DNA of 64,000 bases from IMG/VR virus record IMGVR_UViG_3300021364_000006; one strand, 5' to 3'. The position numbers and the translations under genes were made by a program. The notes beneath the pieces are model-generated. The model saw nothing but the letters and a program-made list of their open reading frames with translations, was not told where the DNA came from and did no database searches. This DNA comes from a virus. This document shows, one piece after another, positions 1 to 9,733 of the stretch (positions are counted from its first letter, which is position 1; each line of letters opens with the position of its first letter).

Positions 1-2
1 AT

Positions 3-182
3 AGATTCAAGACGATGGCACTTGTAAATATTGGTGTCAATTATACTGGCACAGGGACATATGCAACATATGAAGATGGTTCTCCTGTAGTGTATAACTT
101 ATCAATGGAGTTTCAAGAACTATCACCCGTTTACAATGAAGATTATGCTGGTGAAGAAGGTCTCATTGGAGCAGGATACTGA
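3..182 (+). CDS. gp48: Baseplate tail-tube cap gp48, C-terminal fragment (5'-truncated by window)
   Basis: Open frame RFKTMALVNIGVNYT...YEDGSPVVYNLSMEFQELSPVY..GY*; TGA overlaps the gp53 ATG; gp48-gp53 order is typical of T4-like phages. Confidence 0.7.
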   Translation, partial: RFKTMALVNIGVNYTGTGTYATYEDGSPVVYNLSMEFQELSPVYNEDYAGEEGLIGAGY

Positions 183-823
183 TGTATTTCAAGGAATTGC
201 CCGACGTAAGTTACCCATCACCTCTATCTGATAGAAGATCAGATAGGGAATATATAACTATCAAAAATCTCTTTAGAAGAGTCAAATTAAGAGATGATCT
301 AGTTGATAAAGTAACAGCATTTGAAAGATATGAGGTCCGTCAAGGGGAGAGACCAGATATTGTTGCTGAAGAATATTATGATAATCAAGATTTAGATTGG
401 TTGGTTCTAATCTCAAATAATATTACTAATGTTAGAGATCAATGGCCTCTAAGTGATAATGAATTATATAATTATGCCGTTGAGAAATATGGTGTAGAAG
501 GTCTAAGTCAAGTTGCATATCACGAAACAACTGAAGTAAAAGATGATCTTGGAAGATTAATTTTCCCAGCAGGTATCCGAGTAGACTCTGATTTCACAAT
601 ACCAAATCCAGATATATTTGATACGACTTTGAATCCTGTTAGAGCTATTTCAAACTACGAAGCAGAATCACGTCTCAATGATGAAAAGAGATCAATAGTT
701 TTATTGAGAAAAAACTTTGTCACTCAAGCCATCCTAGATTTAAGGGAGGAATTGACTTACGACAAATCCTCCCAGAAAGTAAATAATAAACTAATTAAAG
801 CAGATAATATTAGACTGAAGTAA
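182..823 (+). CDS. gp53: Baseplate wedge subunit gp53 (LysM-like)
   Basis: MYFKELP..., YEVRQGERPDIVAEEYY...WLVLISNNI..QWPLS; converges on gp32. Confidence 0.85.
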   Translation: MYFKELPDVSYPSPLSDRRSDREYITIKNLFRRVKLRDDLVDKVTAFERYEVRQGERPDIVAEEYYDNQDLDWLVLISNNITNVRDQWPLSDNELYNYAVEKYGVEGLSQVAYHETTEVKDDLGRLIFPAGIRVDSDFTIPNPDIFDTTLNPVRAISNYEAESRLNDEKRSIVLLRKNFVTQAILDLREELTYDKSSQKVNNKLIKADNIRLK

Positions 824-1771
824 TCATCCGTCTGCTAGTCGCTGGAAATAACTTAGAGTGTCATCTTCCTCGTCGGAACTAGGAGTGATGTCAGGTGCGT
901 TGAAGTCACGACCTTCACTCAGTGAATCTAGTTCATTACGCATGGACTGTGGCATAGGTGCTGCCTCACCACGATTCTCACGACGGAACTGTTCTTCTTC
1001 TTCGACAGTCTCTTGATCTTGGAACTTAGGAGTGCCCTTGATACCAAGAACATAGTCAAGACGAGTCTTCAGCTCTTCGTAAGTCTTGAACTGATCAGGA
1101 GCAACTAGTGACTGAAGAGAATACTCTTTCTTCCAGATTGCTTCCATAGCATCGTCATCATCTAGAAGTGCATCTGGACGTGCAAACTCAGAAGAATCAT
1201 AGTTCCAGTAACCTGCAACTTTCTTGATCTTCAGTTTGAAGTTAGCACCTTGCCAGAAGTCGAAGGGATTGATGGGCTCTTCATCTTCAAACTCAGGTTG
1301 CATAGCAGCAGTGATCTTATCAAAGATCTTCTTGCCAAACTTGAAGAGGAAGACTTTACCTTCGTTGTCAGGATTGACAGGATCCTTAACAACATAGATG
1401 TTGCTGTAGTAAGACAGTTTACGCTTTTGCTTACGAGCAACATCCTTATCAGACTCTAGACCACTGTTCCAGAGTTGAGAGTTGTATTCAGATACGGGGT
1501 CCTTTTGTCCGAGAGTGGTGAGAGAGTTCTCAATGAACCAACCACCAGGGCCTTGGAAGGCGTGAGAATACAGTTTTGCCCATGGCAGATCTTCGCCATC
1601 GGGAGCAGGGAGGAAACGAATTACAGCGTAACCGTTGCCAGTCTTGTCAAGTTGTGGTTTCCAGAGACGATCGTCTCCACCACCAGTCTTGGTCATTTTT
1701 TCGACTTCCTTCACCAGTTTGTTAGTGAGGGAACCCAGAGAGGATTTCTTTTTTAGATCGGAAAAGGACAT
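824..1771 (-). CDS. gp32: Single-stranded DNA-binding protein gp32
   Basis: DDRLWKP..DKTGNGYAVIRFLP, HAFQGPGGW, NPFDFWQGANFKLK, acidic C-terminus. Confidence 0.95.
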   Translation of the reverse strand: MSFSDLKKKSSLGSLTNKLVKEVEKMTKTGGGDDRLWKPQLDKTGNGYAVIRFLPAPDGEDLPWAKLYSHAFQGPGGWFIENSLTTLGQKDPVSEYNSQLWNSGLESDKDVARKQKRKLSYYSNIYVVKDPVNPDNEGKVFLFKFGKKIFDKITAAMQPEFEDEEPINPFDFWQGANFKLKIKKVAGYWNYDSSEFARPDALLDDDDAMEAIWKKEYSLQSLVAPDQFKTYEELKTRLDYVLGIKGTPKFQDQETVEEEEQFRRENRGEAAPMPQSMRNELDSLSEGRDFNAPDITPSSDEEDDTLSYFQRLADG

Positions 1772-1818
1772 TGGATTTGGCCTGTGTTGTGAACGTGTTT
1801 ATTATAGGATGGGTTGGG

Positions 1819-2151
1819 TCAGGAGTCAAGGTCTTTTCTCATACCCCGAACAGTTGCTTTCATTTCTTCAAAGACAGATCTCACATCATTTCCTCCAGCG
1901 AATCCCATCATTTCGCAGAATTCTTGGATGTTTTTTCTTCTTTCAATTGCTGCTGGATCATCACTAAGTGACATACGAGCGTACATCAAACTTTGTGTTT
2001 CAATCAGCTCTTCTAGTTTACCCAAATGCTCAATTTTTTCATCATGATTAAGATTTGGGTAATCCATGACTTCTTCAAAGATTTCTTCTTGAAGTCTTTC
2101 AATTTTGTCCAAACCTGCTTGAACAAATTCGGATTCCATAAATTTACTCAT
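1819..2151 (-). CDS. Conserved cyanophage hypothetical protein (DUF1825-like)
   Basis: MSKFMESEFVQ...Q.LMYARMSLSDDP.A; start trimmed to the ATG after a CTAAATA late-type motif. Confidence 0.6.
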   Translation of the reverse strand: MSKFMESEFVQAGLDKIERLQEEIFEEVMDYPNLNHDEKIEHLGKLEELIETQSLMYARMSLSDDPAAIERRKNIQEFCEMMGFAGGNDVRSVFEEMKATVRGMRKDLDS

Positions 2152-2177
2152 GTTTATAATTCTTGACCCTTTGGTAT

Positions 2178-2432
2178 TTAGAGTGGTAATTTTGCCTTGG
2201 AAGTCTTCTTCATAAAGTTCAGACGAATAGCGTCCCACTTTAGTTTTTCTTTTAATGGCTTGGTGATTAGTTTTGAAATTGAATCAACTTCAAGGTTATT
2301 TTGCTCACAGAAAAAGACGATTGCATCAATGTAATTCATCTTCTCTTTGAGAACAATTTGTTCAATCTCCTGACAAAATTTTTCAGATGTGATGAACTTT
2401 TTTTCTAACTCCTTTTTTAATTCATTTTTCAT
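2178..2432 (-). CDS. gp33: Late transcription coactivator gp33
   Basis: FCQEIEQIV..MNYIDAIVFFCEQNNLEVDSI.KLITKPLKEKLK.DA..LNF. Confidence 0.85.
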   Translation of the reverse strand: MKNELKKELEKKFITSEKFCQEIEQIVLKEKMNYIDAIVFFCEQNNLEVDSISKLITKPLKEKLKWDAIRLNFMKKTSKAKLPL

Positions 2433-3078
2433 TGAATCTCCGTAGATATTCACCCAACAAATGGATGTATTTTCCTTTGTCGTACTCTTCATAAACTTCG
2501 CATTCTCCATTTTCGCATGACATGATAATTACAAATTTCTTCACTATTATACCAGTAAGTTCATACAACATGCAAGCATATGCTGCACACTGTACAAAGT
2601 ATCCATCAATCCAATCTCTTGGTTTTGGTTGCTTACTTGTCTTAAAGTCAATGATCGCCAACTCGCCATTGTACTCAGCGATGCAATCTACTGTCCCAGC
2701 GACTTTAAGGTTCATACTATATAGTCTCTTTTCAAGACCGTGAATATTGTCGATATTATTCAGGTATGGTTTCGCAACCTTGAATAACATCTCTGGAAGT
2801 GGTTTTACTTTTGGAAGAGATTCATTCTTTAGATAATGCTCAGTCAGAGTGTGCATGTCAGTGCCACGACTGGACGATTGTCTCAGAGTTCTGTTTGCTA
2901 CTTCATCACCAACTTTTTTTCTCCACTTAGCAAATTTGTCCCGATTAATCCAGCTCAACACTGAAGTAATCGAGACAAATTTTACATCTTGGGTGCCAGG
3001 CACAACATAGTGCCTAACACCTTCGATTTCTTCTCTTTCTAGATCATTAACAAAAGGAATATCAATGTGATTGAACAT
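2422..3078 (-). CDS. PD-(D/E)XK (Cas4/RecB-like) exonuclease
   Basis: SITSVL, RGTDMH, E.RLYS..LKVAGTVDCIAEYNGELAIIDFKTS, Q.AAYA. Confidence 0.85.
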   Translation of the reverse strand: MFNHIDIPFVNDLEREEIEGVRHYVVPGTQDVKFVSITSVLSWINRDKFAKWRKKVGDEVANRTLRQSSSRGTDMHTLTEHYLKNESLPKVKPLPEMLFKVAKPYLNNIDNIHGLEKRLYSMNLKVAGTVDCIAEYNGELAIIDFKTSKQPKPRDWIDGYFVQCAAYACMLYELTGIIVKKFVIIMSCENGECEVYEEYDKGKYIHLLGEYLRRFNEK

Positions 3079-3839
3079 TACAAATTAGAATCGAGTTTAG
3101 CAAGTAAGTATTCTTTAACGATACCAGATCTTACGATATCGTCAACACCAAACTCTACAAGTTCAAATGATGGCATCTTTCTAAGGATGCTCATGAAATC
3201 GACAATTCCATTCTTTTCATTAGTTTTGGTAAGATCAGTTTGAGTGGCATCACCACAGAAAATAATCTTACTATTCTCACCAACACGGGTGATGATAGAG
3301 TCTAGTTCGTGGAAGTTTAGATTCTGGAATTCATCAATGATCAGAATTGCATTATCGAAAGTAGTACCACGAATAAAGGAAGTGCTCCAAAAACTTACAG
3401 TTTCCTGAGCTTTCAGATTGCCATACAGCATTTCAAAGTCTGTATCTGTAGGCATCTCAAACATATACTTTACCATATTCTTATATGGAATCTGGTAAAG
3501 GGAAGACTTGTCCTCATGATCTCCTGGTAGGAAACCAATCTCTCTAGTTGCTACCAAAGAGCGGACAACATATACTTTTTCATACGGTGTGACTTCGTTT
3601 AAGACATCTGCGAGTGCATTATAAAGAGCAATGAACGTTTTACCAGTTCCAGCACATCCATATGCAACCAAATGTTTTCCTTCCTCATATGCATCAAAGA
3701 ATTTCTTTTGATTGTCAGTAAGAGGATTAATGTCAACCATCAAGTCTGAGTTGATTGGTTTCTTACGCTTCATCTGCTTAGCAGTGAGGCCCACACCGAT
3801 GGGTTGCTGGGATGAGTTCTTTCTCTTTTTTGCAGGCAT
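3078..3839 (-). CDS. phoH: PhoH-family ATPase
   Basis: GCAGTGKT Walker A, REIGFLPG, RGTTF, DEFQN, GDATQTD, DIVRSG. Confidence 0.95.
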   Translation of the reverse strand: MPAKKRKNSSQQPIGVGLTAKQMKRKKPINSDLMVDINPLTDNQKKFFDAYEEGKHLVAYGCAGTGKTFIALYNALADVLNEVTPYEKVYVVRSLVATREIGFLPGDHEDKSSLYQIPYKNMVKYMFEMPTDTDFEMLYGNLKAQETVSFWSTSFIRGTTFDNAILIIDEFQNLNFHELDSIITRVGENSKIIFCGDATQTDLTKTNEKNGIVDFMSILRKMPSFELVEFGVDDIVRSGIVKEYLLAKLDSNL

Positions 3840-3852
3840 AGGTTGAGGTTTA

Positions 3853-4101
3853 CTAGATTTTTTTGACGTTTGATCCAGGCATCTTTGCGGCTCTTCCGAG
3901 CACATCATTCCACCCTGGGTTTTTGGCGACTAATTTATTGCGCCACTCACCGACTTCCCCGACACCAGGACAGGTGCTGGGATCTGAATAATCTCTTGAC
4001 CAATCGGGATTATCTTTTTTCCACTGGTCCCATTCATGTACGCTCATTTTCACTTCTTTTGTCTCACCTGTTTTAAGGTGGACAACTGGATATGTTGCCA
4101 T
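3853..4101 (-). CDS. Conserved cyanophage hypothetical protein
   Basis: MATYPVV..KTGE.KEV.MSV.EWDQW..DNPDW; usual position between thyX and phoH. Confidence 0.7.
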   Translation of the reverse strand: MATYPVVHLKTGETKEVKMSVHEWDQWKKDNPDWSRDYSDPSTCPGVGEVGEWRNKLVAKNPGWNDVLGRAAKMPGSNVKKI

Positions 4102-4121
4102 AAGTTAGAATCTCCACATAA

Positions 4122-4772
4122 TTATTTAGTATGGGCAACCCAACCAAGTGCTTCAGCAATCACTGGGAACTGACCAGCAAAGATACACTTACACTCATTG
4201 GCAATGTCCATATGCTCCTTCTGTGTGCCGTTGGCAGAACGCAGTTGGATATAATGGATCCATGATCTTACTGAGCCCGACATGTAGAGTTTTGTGGGCG
4301 TGGCCAAAGGAAGCACAAAACGAGCACATTCCTTTGCAATTCCTTTATCAAGCATTGCCTGATATAGATCCATACCTTCAGCAAAATATCTTTGAATCTG
4401 AATCTCAAACTCTTGCTTAGTAAATTCATCAATATCATCAATAGAGTTTTGACGATTCTTTGTGTCCTGACGACGAAGATCGAACATTGGAATCTTATCA
4501 GCAAGCAGAGATGAATCTGCATATCGCTGGGAAAACTCTTGATATGTGAACGAACGATGACGAAGGATTTGGGCCGCCAGTCCCCTGGTGGTGTTGATCT
4601 CAAGCGTCATGAATGCCATCTCAAAGATACTCCAATGCTGATGATTGATGCAGTATTTGAGAAGACCAGCAATCTTTTCGTTCTCTTGATTGTTGGGGTT
4701 GCTTACGCGAGCACAATATGCAATATTTTTCTCTGCATCAGGAGTGACAGAGATCAGTTTAACATGATTCAT
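4122..4772 (-). CDS. thyX: Flavin-dependent thymidylate synthase
   Basis: RHRSFTYQEFSQRY ThyX motif, HWSIFE, ECARFVLP, AQKEH-like GTQKEH. Confidence 0.95.
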   Translation of the reverse strand: MNHVKLISVTPDAEKNIAYCARVSNPNNQENEKIAGLLKYCINHQHWSIFEMAFMTLEINTTRGLAAQILRHRSFTYQEFSQRYADSSLLADKIPMFDLRRQDTKNRQNSIDDIDEFTKQEFEIQIQRYFAEGMDLYQAMLDKGIAKECARFVLPLATPTKLYMSGSVRSWIHYIQLRSANGTQKEHMDIANECKCIFAGQFPVIAEALGWVAHTK

Positions 4773-4938
4773 TCTTGAAAAGTTTACGACATTTTTTCAC
4801 TGCTTTGAGTTCATCTTTGATCATCTGATAGGCATCCTCAGCATTGATTCTACCACCAAGTTCCATGGCACAGATAACCTCAACTCTTGTACCGAAATGC
4901 TTTAGAGCTTCCTCAAAGCAATTCAATTCCTCATACAT
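4759..4938 (-). CDS. Small hypothetical protein (59 aa, not in ORF track)
   Basis: MYEELNCFEEALKHFGTRVEVICAMELGGRINAEDAYQMIKDELK..., fills the gap between adjacent genes. Confidence 0.7.
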   Translation of the reverse strand: MYEELNCFEEALKHFGTRVEVICAMELGGRINAEDAYQMIKDELKAVKKCRKLFKNESC

Positions 4939-4950
4939 TTTAGCATAACC

Positions 4951-5253
4951 TCAACGTTTTTTCTTTTCCTCCTTGGGTTTGTATCCCCAAAGTTTAGGTT
5001 TGATTGTTCCCTTTGTCCATGAGAACTTCACAAAACCCTTCCCAAACTTATCATAGTACATATCAAAAAGTTTGACTTCTTTTTGAGTTCTGGTGATATC
5101 ATAAAAAGTCTCACCGTCAATTTGATACTCTACTAAGAATGCATCCGTAGGAAGACTTTTATCGTTAGCATCAGATGGACTACAATCTGTCATTAAGATT
5201 GTACATCCGTATCTCTGTTTAGTTAGAGATTTTTCTTCCTCGGTCCAAGTCAT
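4951..5253 (-). CDS. Hypothetical protein
   Basis: ORF; DKSLPTDAFLV.Y...FDMYYD..G..KPKLWGY. Confidence 0.65.
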   Translation of the reverse strand: MTWTEEEKSLTKQRYGCTILMTDCSPSDANDKSLPTDAFLVEYQIDGETFYDITRTQKEVKLFDMYYDKFGKGFVKFSWTKGTIKPKLWGYKPKEEKKKR

Positions 5254-5257
5254 GAAA

Positions 5258-5710
5258 TCAGGTGCGATTTCCCCATACGATGTCCTCGAAGGCTTCGGCA
5301 ACAACGTTTCTTGTGATTCGATATTTTTTTCCAATTTCTTTATCCTTTACTAAACATAGAAGTTCTGCCTCCTCTTTATGCAGAGACTCAAGTAATTCAA
5401 TGAACAAGGCTTCACGTCTGGTACGAGTGAGATCTACGTTTCCACCCTCAACAAAATTATAGAACATTCGTTGTTGACTGACAAGTCTAGAGACTCCATC
5501 ACCAATTGGTTTGTCGCTAGGTGTATATGGCACATCACCTTCTGGGATGGCACTCTTAATAGACTCATCAAAATTCCAAATGAGAAGAGAAACCAAAGCG
5601 GGATTACGATACTCTTTCAGTAAGTTAATCTTAGCCGCTTTAGTTTTTGCGCTGGATACAGCTTGTAAAATTTCAGATTGTAGTGGATTGGGTGGTAATT
5701 TTTTTGCCAT
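5258..5710 (-). CDS. Conserved T4-like hypothetical protein
   Basis: LLIWNFD...PEGDVPY...RRE.LFIELLESLH.EEAELLCLVKDK. Confidence 0.7.
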   Translation of the reverse strand: MAKKLPPNPLQSEILQAVSSAKTKAAKINLLKEYRNPALVSLLIWNFDESIKSAIPEGDVPYTPSDKPIGDGVSRLVSQQRMFYNFVEGGNVDLTRTRREALFIELLESLHKEEAELLCLVKDKEIGKKYRITRNVVAEAFEDIVWGNRT

Positions 5711-5725
5711 AATTAAACTCCAAGT

Positions 5726-5947
5726 TTAGTCATAATCTTCTTCGTCGTCAATAAATCCGTTTTCAAAGCGGAATGCGATTAGTTGGTCAGGAAGGACTCC
5801 TCCATCTTCGTCGTACATTTCTGGGTGCAACCCCTGAGGAACATTGAATGATATTACGTTCTCTCTTACAATCCATCCAACAATAGACCCCGTAAGAAAG
5901 GCACCGATCATAAGGAATGATCCTAAAACAAGTGAGACTGCTAACAT
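5726..5947 (-). CDS. Membrane hypothetical protein
   Basis: N-terminal TM helix, HPEMYDEDG motif, GAGG SD. Confidence 0.65.
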   Translation of the reverse strand: MLAVSLVLGSFLMIGAFLTGSIVGWIVRENVISFNVPQGLHPEMYDEDGGVLPDQLIAFRFENGFIDDEEDYD

Positions 5948-5957
5948 GGTTCCTCTC

Positions 5958-6155
5958 CTAGACTTTCTGTTTTCTTACATCAAAAGAAAACTTGAACTTA
6001 ATCGATAATTCTTTTTTAAAAAATCTGAACTTCTGTGCAAAGTCCAGATCAAGTAACTGCTTTGGTTTTTTGACTCCGTTAAGAATTAGTTCTACGCCTC
6101 TATTTATAGGGATTTCAGAGGATTTTTTGCTCTCTGAGGTATCTGATGGTTTCAC
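5958..6155 (-). CDS. Hypothetical protein
   Basis: ORF with INRGVELIL motif; start uncertain, overlaps glutaredoxin. Confidence 0.45.
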   Translation of the reverse strand: MKPSDTSESKKSSEIPINRGVELILNGVKKPKQLLDLDFAQKFRFFKKELSIKFKFSFDVRKQKV

Positions 6156-6351
6156 TGCAGCCCCCTATTTTTGTTTTTTCTGTGGTCACTTGAGGGAATG
6201 TGCTACCCTCCCCAAATTCGTCATAAAATTGTTCTTTGGTGTAATCTACATCAAGAGTATAGATCACGTAACGTTGTTCTGTCAAGTCAAACAGATCTTT
6301 GACTTTACTGCAATATGGACAATTGTTCTTTGAATAGACGGTAAAAGTCAT
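6115..6351 (-). CDS. nrdC: Glutaredoxin
   Basis: CPYC active site, TFPQV, IGGC. Confidence 0.9.
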   Translation of the reverse strand: MTFTVYSKNNCPYCSKVKDLFDLTEQRYVIYTLDVDYTKEQFYDEFGEGSTFPQVTTEKTKIGGCSETIRYLREQKIL

Positions 6352-6415
6352 TTAGAAAGTTAACCTCTATGAATGATATATAGTAAGAATTACAATTTGA
6401 ATTTTAGCAGGAAAA

Positions 6416-7144
6416 ATGAGCATTATCAAATTTAAAGAGAAAAAGATTCATCATGTTCACATTCCAAGATGTGCTGGTAAATTCGTTGCTAATCTAATGA
6501 TGGCACATGGAATTAAAGTCGAACAATATGAAGTTCAACACTGGCCACCAAATTCAGAATTCACATCTTTTGAACTTGATGATGAAAACTGTCTACAATT
6601 CCAATGGGAAGAACATAATGGTGTTAGAATCAAAACAGCACATAAAGCGATATACCAAGATATGGAGGAATTTGATAATTGCACCCACAGATTTGCTATA
6701 GTTAGAGATCCATATCAAAGATTTATTTCAGCTCTTGGTATAACATGCTGCTTTACTTCAAACTCATACGATTTTCATAAAGTTCTTGAAATGGTTTCAA
6801 CCAAAGAGGGCTTTGACAAGTTCATGCATTTAGCAAGAACCAAATTTGCTTATTGGGGAAATTGGTTAACACCACAACATGAGTTTTTAGTTGGAGATGA
6901 ACTGATCTGGAGATTTGAGGATGGTTTTGATCTTAATTTCGCTGAATGGTTTACAGGAAACTTTGATATTCCCTTAGTTTTAGAATCTAATGGAGAACCT
7001 GTTGTTGATATTTTACAAATTGAAGCAAGTGATATGGGATATCTGCAAAAAGAAGAAGAAATGAAAACTGCTAAAATTCCAGAATCTCTTGAAGGATTTG
7101 TAAGAGAATATTATGCAAAAGACTATGAACTTCTAGGTTATTGA
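6416..7144 (+). CDS. Sulfotransferase family 2 protein
   Basis: 5'-PSB-like HVHIPRCAGK, 3'-PB-like FAIVRDPYQRFISA, C-terminal YAKDYELLGY. Confidence 0.75.
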   Translation: MSIIKFKEKKIHHVHIPRCAGKFVANLMMAHGIKVEQYEVQHWPPNSEFTSFELDDENCLQFQWEEHNGVRIKTAHKAIYQDMEEFDNCTHRFAIVRDPYQRFISALGITCCFTSNSYDFHKVLEMVSTKEGFDKFMHLARTKFAYWGNWLTPQHEFLVGDELIWRFEDGFDLNFAEWFTGNFDIPLVLESNGEPVVDILQIEASDMGYLQKEEEMKTAKIPESLEGFVREYYAKDYELLGY

Positions 7145-7491
7145 AGATCTAAAGGTTTTTGATTACTGTGGGGTAGGGATTGCTGAATTGGCAATTCTTG
7201 CCCCTCTATTTTTATGGTAGCTGGTTCTAGTTCCCTCTCTTCCCACGAACCACCAACACCACCGTCCATGTTCACAACAATTTCATTAGTTGGAAGTGCT
7301 GGTTGTGGAGTAACATCAACGGTCTGACCATAGAGATAATGATCATTACGAACATAAGTTAGAAGATGTGGTCGGTTGGAGACGATCCTTTGTGCATCCA
7401 TTTCCCATCCACAGTCGCAGTATTTTTTTCCAGTATCTTTCCAGATTACTGAATACCAGACTCTATCAACATAAGCGTTTCCATTAGACAT
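7138..7491 (-). CDS. Hypothetical protein
   Basis: 117-aa ORF with KYCDCGWEMDA motif. Confidence 0.6.
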   Translation of the reverse strand: MSNGNAYVDRVWYSVIWKDTGKKYCDCGWEMDAQRIVSNRPHLLTYVRNDHYLYGQTVDVTPQPALPTNEIVVNMDGGVGGSWEERELEPATIKIEGQELPIQQSLPHSNQKPLDLQ

Positions 7492-7496
7492 AATCG

Positions 7497-9035
7497 TTAT
7501 TTGTAAATAATGTTGTTTCCATATACCAATGAATCCATATTGGTATTAAAGAAGAGATCGTATGCGTCTCCCTTTCTAGATGCAATTGGTTTTCCACCCT
7601 TGTTCAAAGACGTATTCAATAGCATTGGAATTCCAGTAATTTTTTGGAACTCTTTTATTAATTTATAATATGCACCATTTGATTCATTTACAGTTTGTGC
7701 TCTACATGTATTATCGTAGTGGCAAATAGCAGGATACTTTTCTGGTTCCCTCAACTCCATAACAAACAGCATATATTCTGATGGGCCCTGCCAATGAAAA
7801 TAATCTGATACTTCTTCTTCTAACACTGATGCACCAAATGGTCTATACCATTCTCGATTCTTGACTCTTTCATTAATCCAGTCTTTTCCATCAGGATGAC
7901 AAGGATTCATCAAAATACTTCTATGTCCTAATGCTCTAGGTCCAATTTCACCATGACCCTGATACCAACCAACAATATTATTGTTTGCTAAATCTTCAGC
8001 GACTTCTCTAATAGTTTCATCAGTTGGTTCATTTGGTGGAGCCTCATCATCTTGCCAGAAAGGAAATCCAGTATTATCAAATGGTTCCTGATCATATTGT
8101 TGTCTCAAGAGTTCAACACAACCCAGACTAATTCCAGTATCGTTAGTATGTGGTGGGATTATTAAATTAGGAATTTTTTTCTTAATTTTGGAGTTGATAA
8201 CAGTATTCAGAGCAACTCCACCACTATATCCAATACAGTCTTGATCTTTAAATCTACGTTTACATACAGTAGAAAAATAATTTGCAAATATATTTTCAGT
8301 CGCTTGGTGAGAAACAGAAACAGCGTCCACTGCGTCTTCAAAATCTAGTTTACTAAAGCATCCAGTTCCCCAAACATTATCAAGATCACGTATTGTAAGT
8401 TGTGATAAAGCATCAATAATTCTTTTTTGTTTTTCTATACCGTAATGATTAGTTATACCTCTCAAGGCCATTAGTTTGCCTGGCAGATCGTCCATGATCC
8501 CAGAAATATTCATCGACATGGCAACTTCTGCCATGATAACACCCAAACTTACCAGTTCAGTTTTATGATATGATACATCTTTTTGATAAGAATATCCGTG
8601 TTTTGTTTCGGTAATAGTATATCTAGAATGAGTTACATAATCATCACCAAACCCATCAAAAACAAAATGATGTTTAATATCTTTATTCAGAGGCCATAAA
8701 CTAAGAGCATGTGCCAGATGATGTTCTATTCTCCAAATTGGACATTTAAATCCACACTCAATCAATACTGGTATCTCCATCACCTCAGCTAACATTTCAT
8801 AATTTGGTTCAAGTTCTGGATGAACTTGTGGATCAAATGAAATGCAGACAGCATCAATATCCTCAGGATTTACCCCCCATCTGTCTAGAAGGTACATCCA
8901 GGATGTCATGTCATTATGATATCCAAAGTGCTTTATTTGCAAATCTCTTGCAATTTCACAATATTTGATCTTAGGACCATCTGTGTATGTTACATTAGCA
9001 CCATGTGCATCTAATCGTAATCCAATGAATTTCAT
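7497..9035 (-). CDS. O-carbamoyltransferase (NodU/CmcH family)
   Basis: EHHLAHA, DGFGD, GKLMAL, SGGVALN, EIGPRALGHRSIL, KNREWYRPFG, LLNTSLN. Confidence 0.9.
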   Translation of the reverse strand: MKFIGLRLDAHGANVTYTDGPKIKYCEIARDLQIKHFGYHNDMTSWMYLLDRWGVNPEDIDAVCISFDPQVHPELEPNYEMLAEVMEIPVLIECGFKCPIWRIEHHLAHALSLWPLNKDIKHHFVFDGFGDDYVTHSRYTITETKHGYSYQKDVSYHKTELVSLGVIMAEVAMSMNISGIMDDLPGKLMALRGITNHYGIEKQKRIIDALSQLTIRDLDNVWGTGCFSKLDFEDAVDAVSVSHQATENIFANYFSTVCKRRFKDQDCIGYSGGVALNTVINSKIKKKIPNLIIPPHTNDTGISLGCVELLRQQYDQEPFDNTGFPFWQDDEAPPNEPTDETIREVAEDLANNNIVGWYQGHGEIGPRALGHRSILMNPCHPDGKDWINERVKNREWYRPFGASVLEEEVSDYFHWQGPSEYMLFVMELREPEKYPAICHYDNTCRAQTVNESNGAYYKLIKEFQKITGIPMLLNTSLNKGGKPIASRKGDAYDLFFNTNMDSLVYGNNIIYK

Positions 9036-9208
9036 TTTTCACTGTCTTTCAGAATTTTTACTCTATCAAAAAATTGTGGAAATATGACCAGTCTGGGACT
9101 AGATCTGCCTTCTTTTCCTGGCAACTTTATTGTGATATATTGAGTATGTATAAAGTCAACCGTACCGTAATCACCGTCATACTCAACCTCCATTCCCTCA
9201 CTGAACAT
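9032..9208 (-). CDS. Small hypothetical protein
   Basis: MFSEGMEVEY..; stop overlaps the next ATG. Confidence 0.55.
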   Translation of the reverse strand: MFSEGMEVEYDGDYGTVDFIHTQYITIKLPGKEGRSSPRLVIFPQFFDRVKILKDSEK

Positions 9209-9383
9209 TGGTAAGATCATTGATAAACGCCCACTCTTCTGGTTCAGCACCATTCACAACAAACTCTTTGAAGAAACTATCAGCATCTTTGGGACGCTCA
9301 TCATCAAATAAATCTGTGATGCGCTCACAGAAATACTCTTCAACATTAGTGATGAGTTGTTCACGAAGTTGATCAGATGTCAT
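9198..9383 (-). CDS. Small hypothetical protein
   Basis: Acidic ORF in an overlapping chain. Confidence 0.55.
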   Translation of the reverse strand: MTSDQLREQLITNVEEYFCERITDLFDDERPKDADSFFKEFVVNGAEPEEWAFINDLTNVQ

Positions 9384-9654
9384 AACCACGGCCCTCTAGG
9401 TAGATTTTGAGAATTGAAATTTCTTGCTTGTACTTTGTGATTTCCTCCTCTAGATGCTTGATGCGATCCAAGTGGAATTGAAGTTCTGGAGAAACTTCTT
9501 TCTCCTCTGTGATTCCCCATGTGCCGTTCGCCTCTGGACTGTACCAGAAGTCTTTCCAGTCTTCGGGTGTTGCTTCAGTGATGTTGGGAGAAGTTTTCTT
9601 GACCCATCGAAGGAGGGCTTCGTACCTCTCCCGCCAGATTTCAGAGTGATTCAT
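9373..9654 (-). CDS. Hypothetical protein (C-terminal coiled coil)
   Basis: GAGGTG SD, downstream of TATAAT. Confidence 0.55.
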   Translation of the reverse strand: MNHSEIWRERYEALLRWVKKTSPNITEATPEDWKDFWYSPEANGTWGITEEKEVSPELQFHLDRIKHLEEEITKYKQEISILKIYLEGRGYDI

Positions 9655-9675
9655 GCCACCTCTGTGTACCCCCAT

Positions 9676-9713
9676 ATTATAGCACGAAAAAAAGCGGGTG
9701 CCAGACCCGCTTT
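9676..9713 (-). terminator. Intrinsic terminator overlapping a promoter (CTGGCA-N17-TATAAT)
   Basis: AAAGCGGGT-CTGGC-ACCCGCTTTTTTT hairpin plus U-tract. Confidence 0.7.
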
Positions 9714-9733
9714 AGAATTTATTCATTTTTTTC

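Noticed and set aside
2422-3078. Cas4-like nuclease as evidence of a CRISPR system
   Set aside because: Standard T4-like cyanophage core exonuclease; no array in the window
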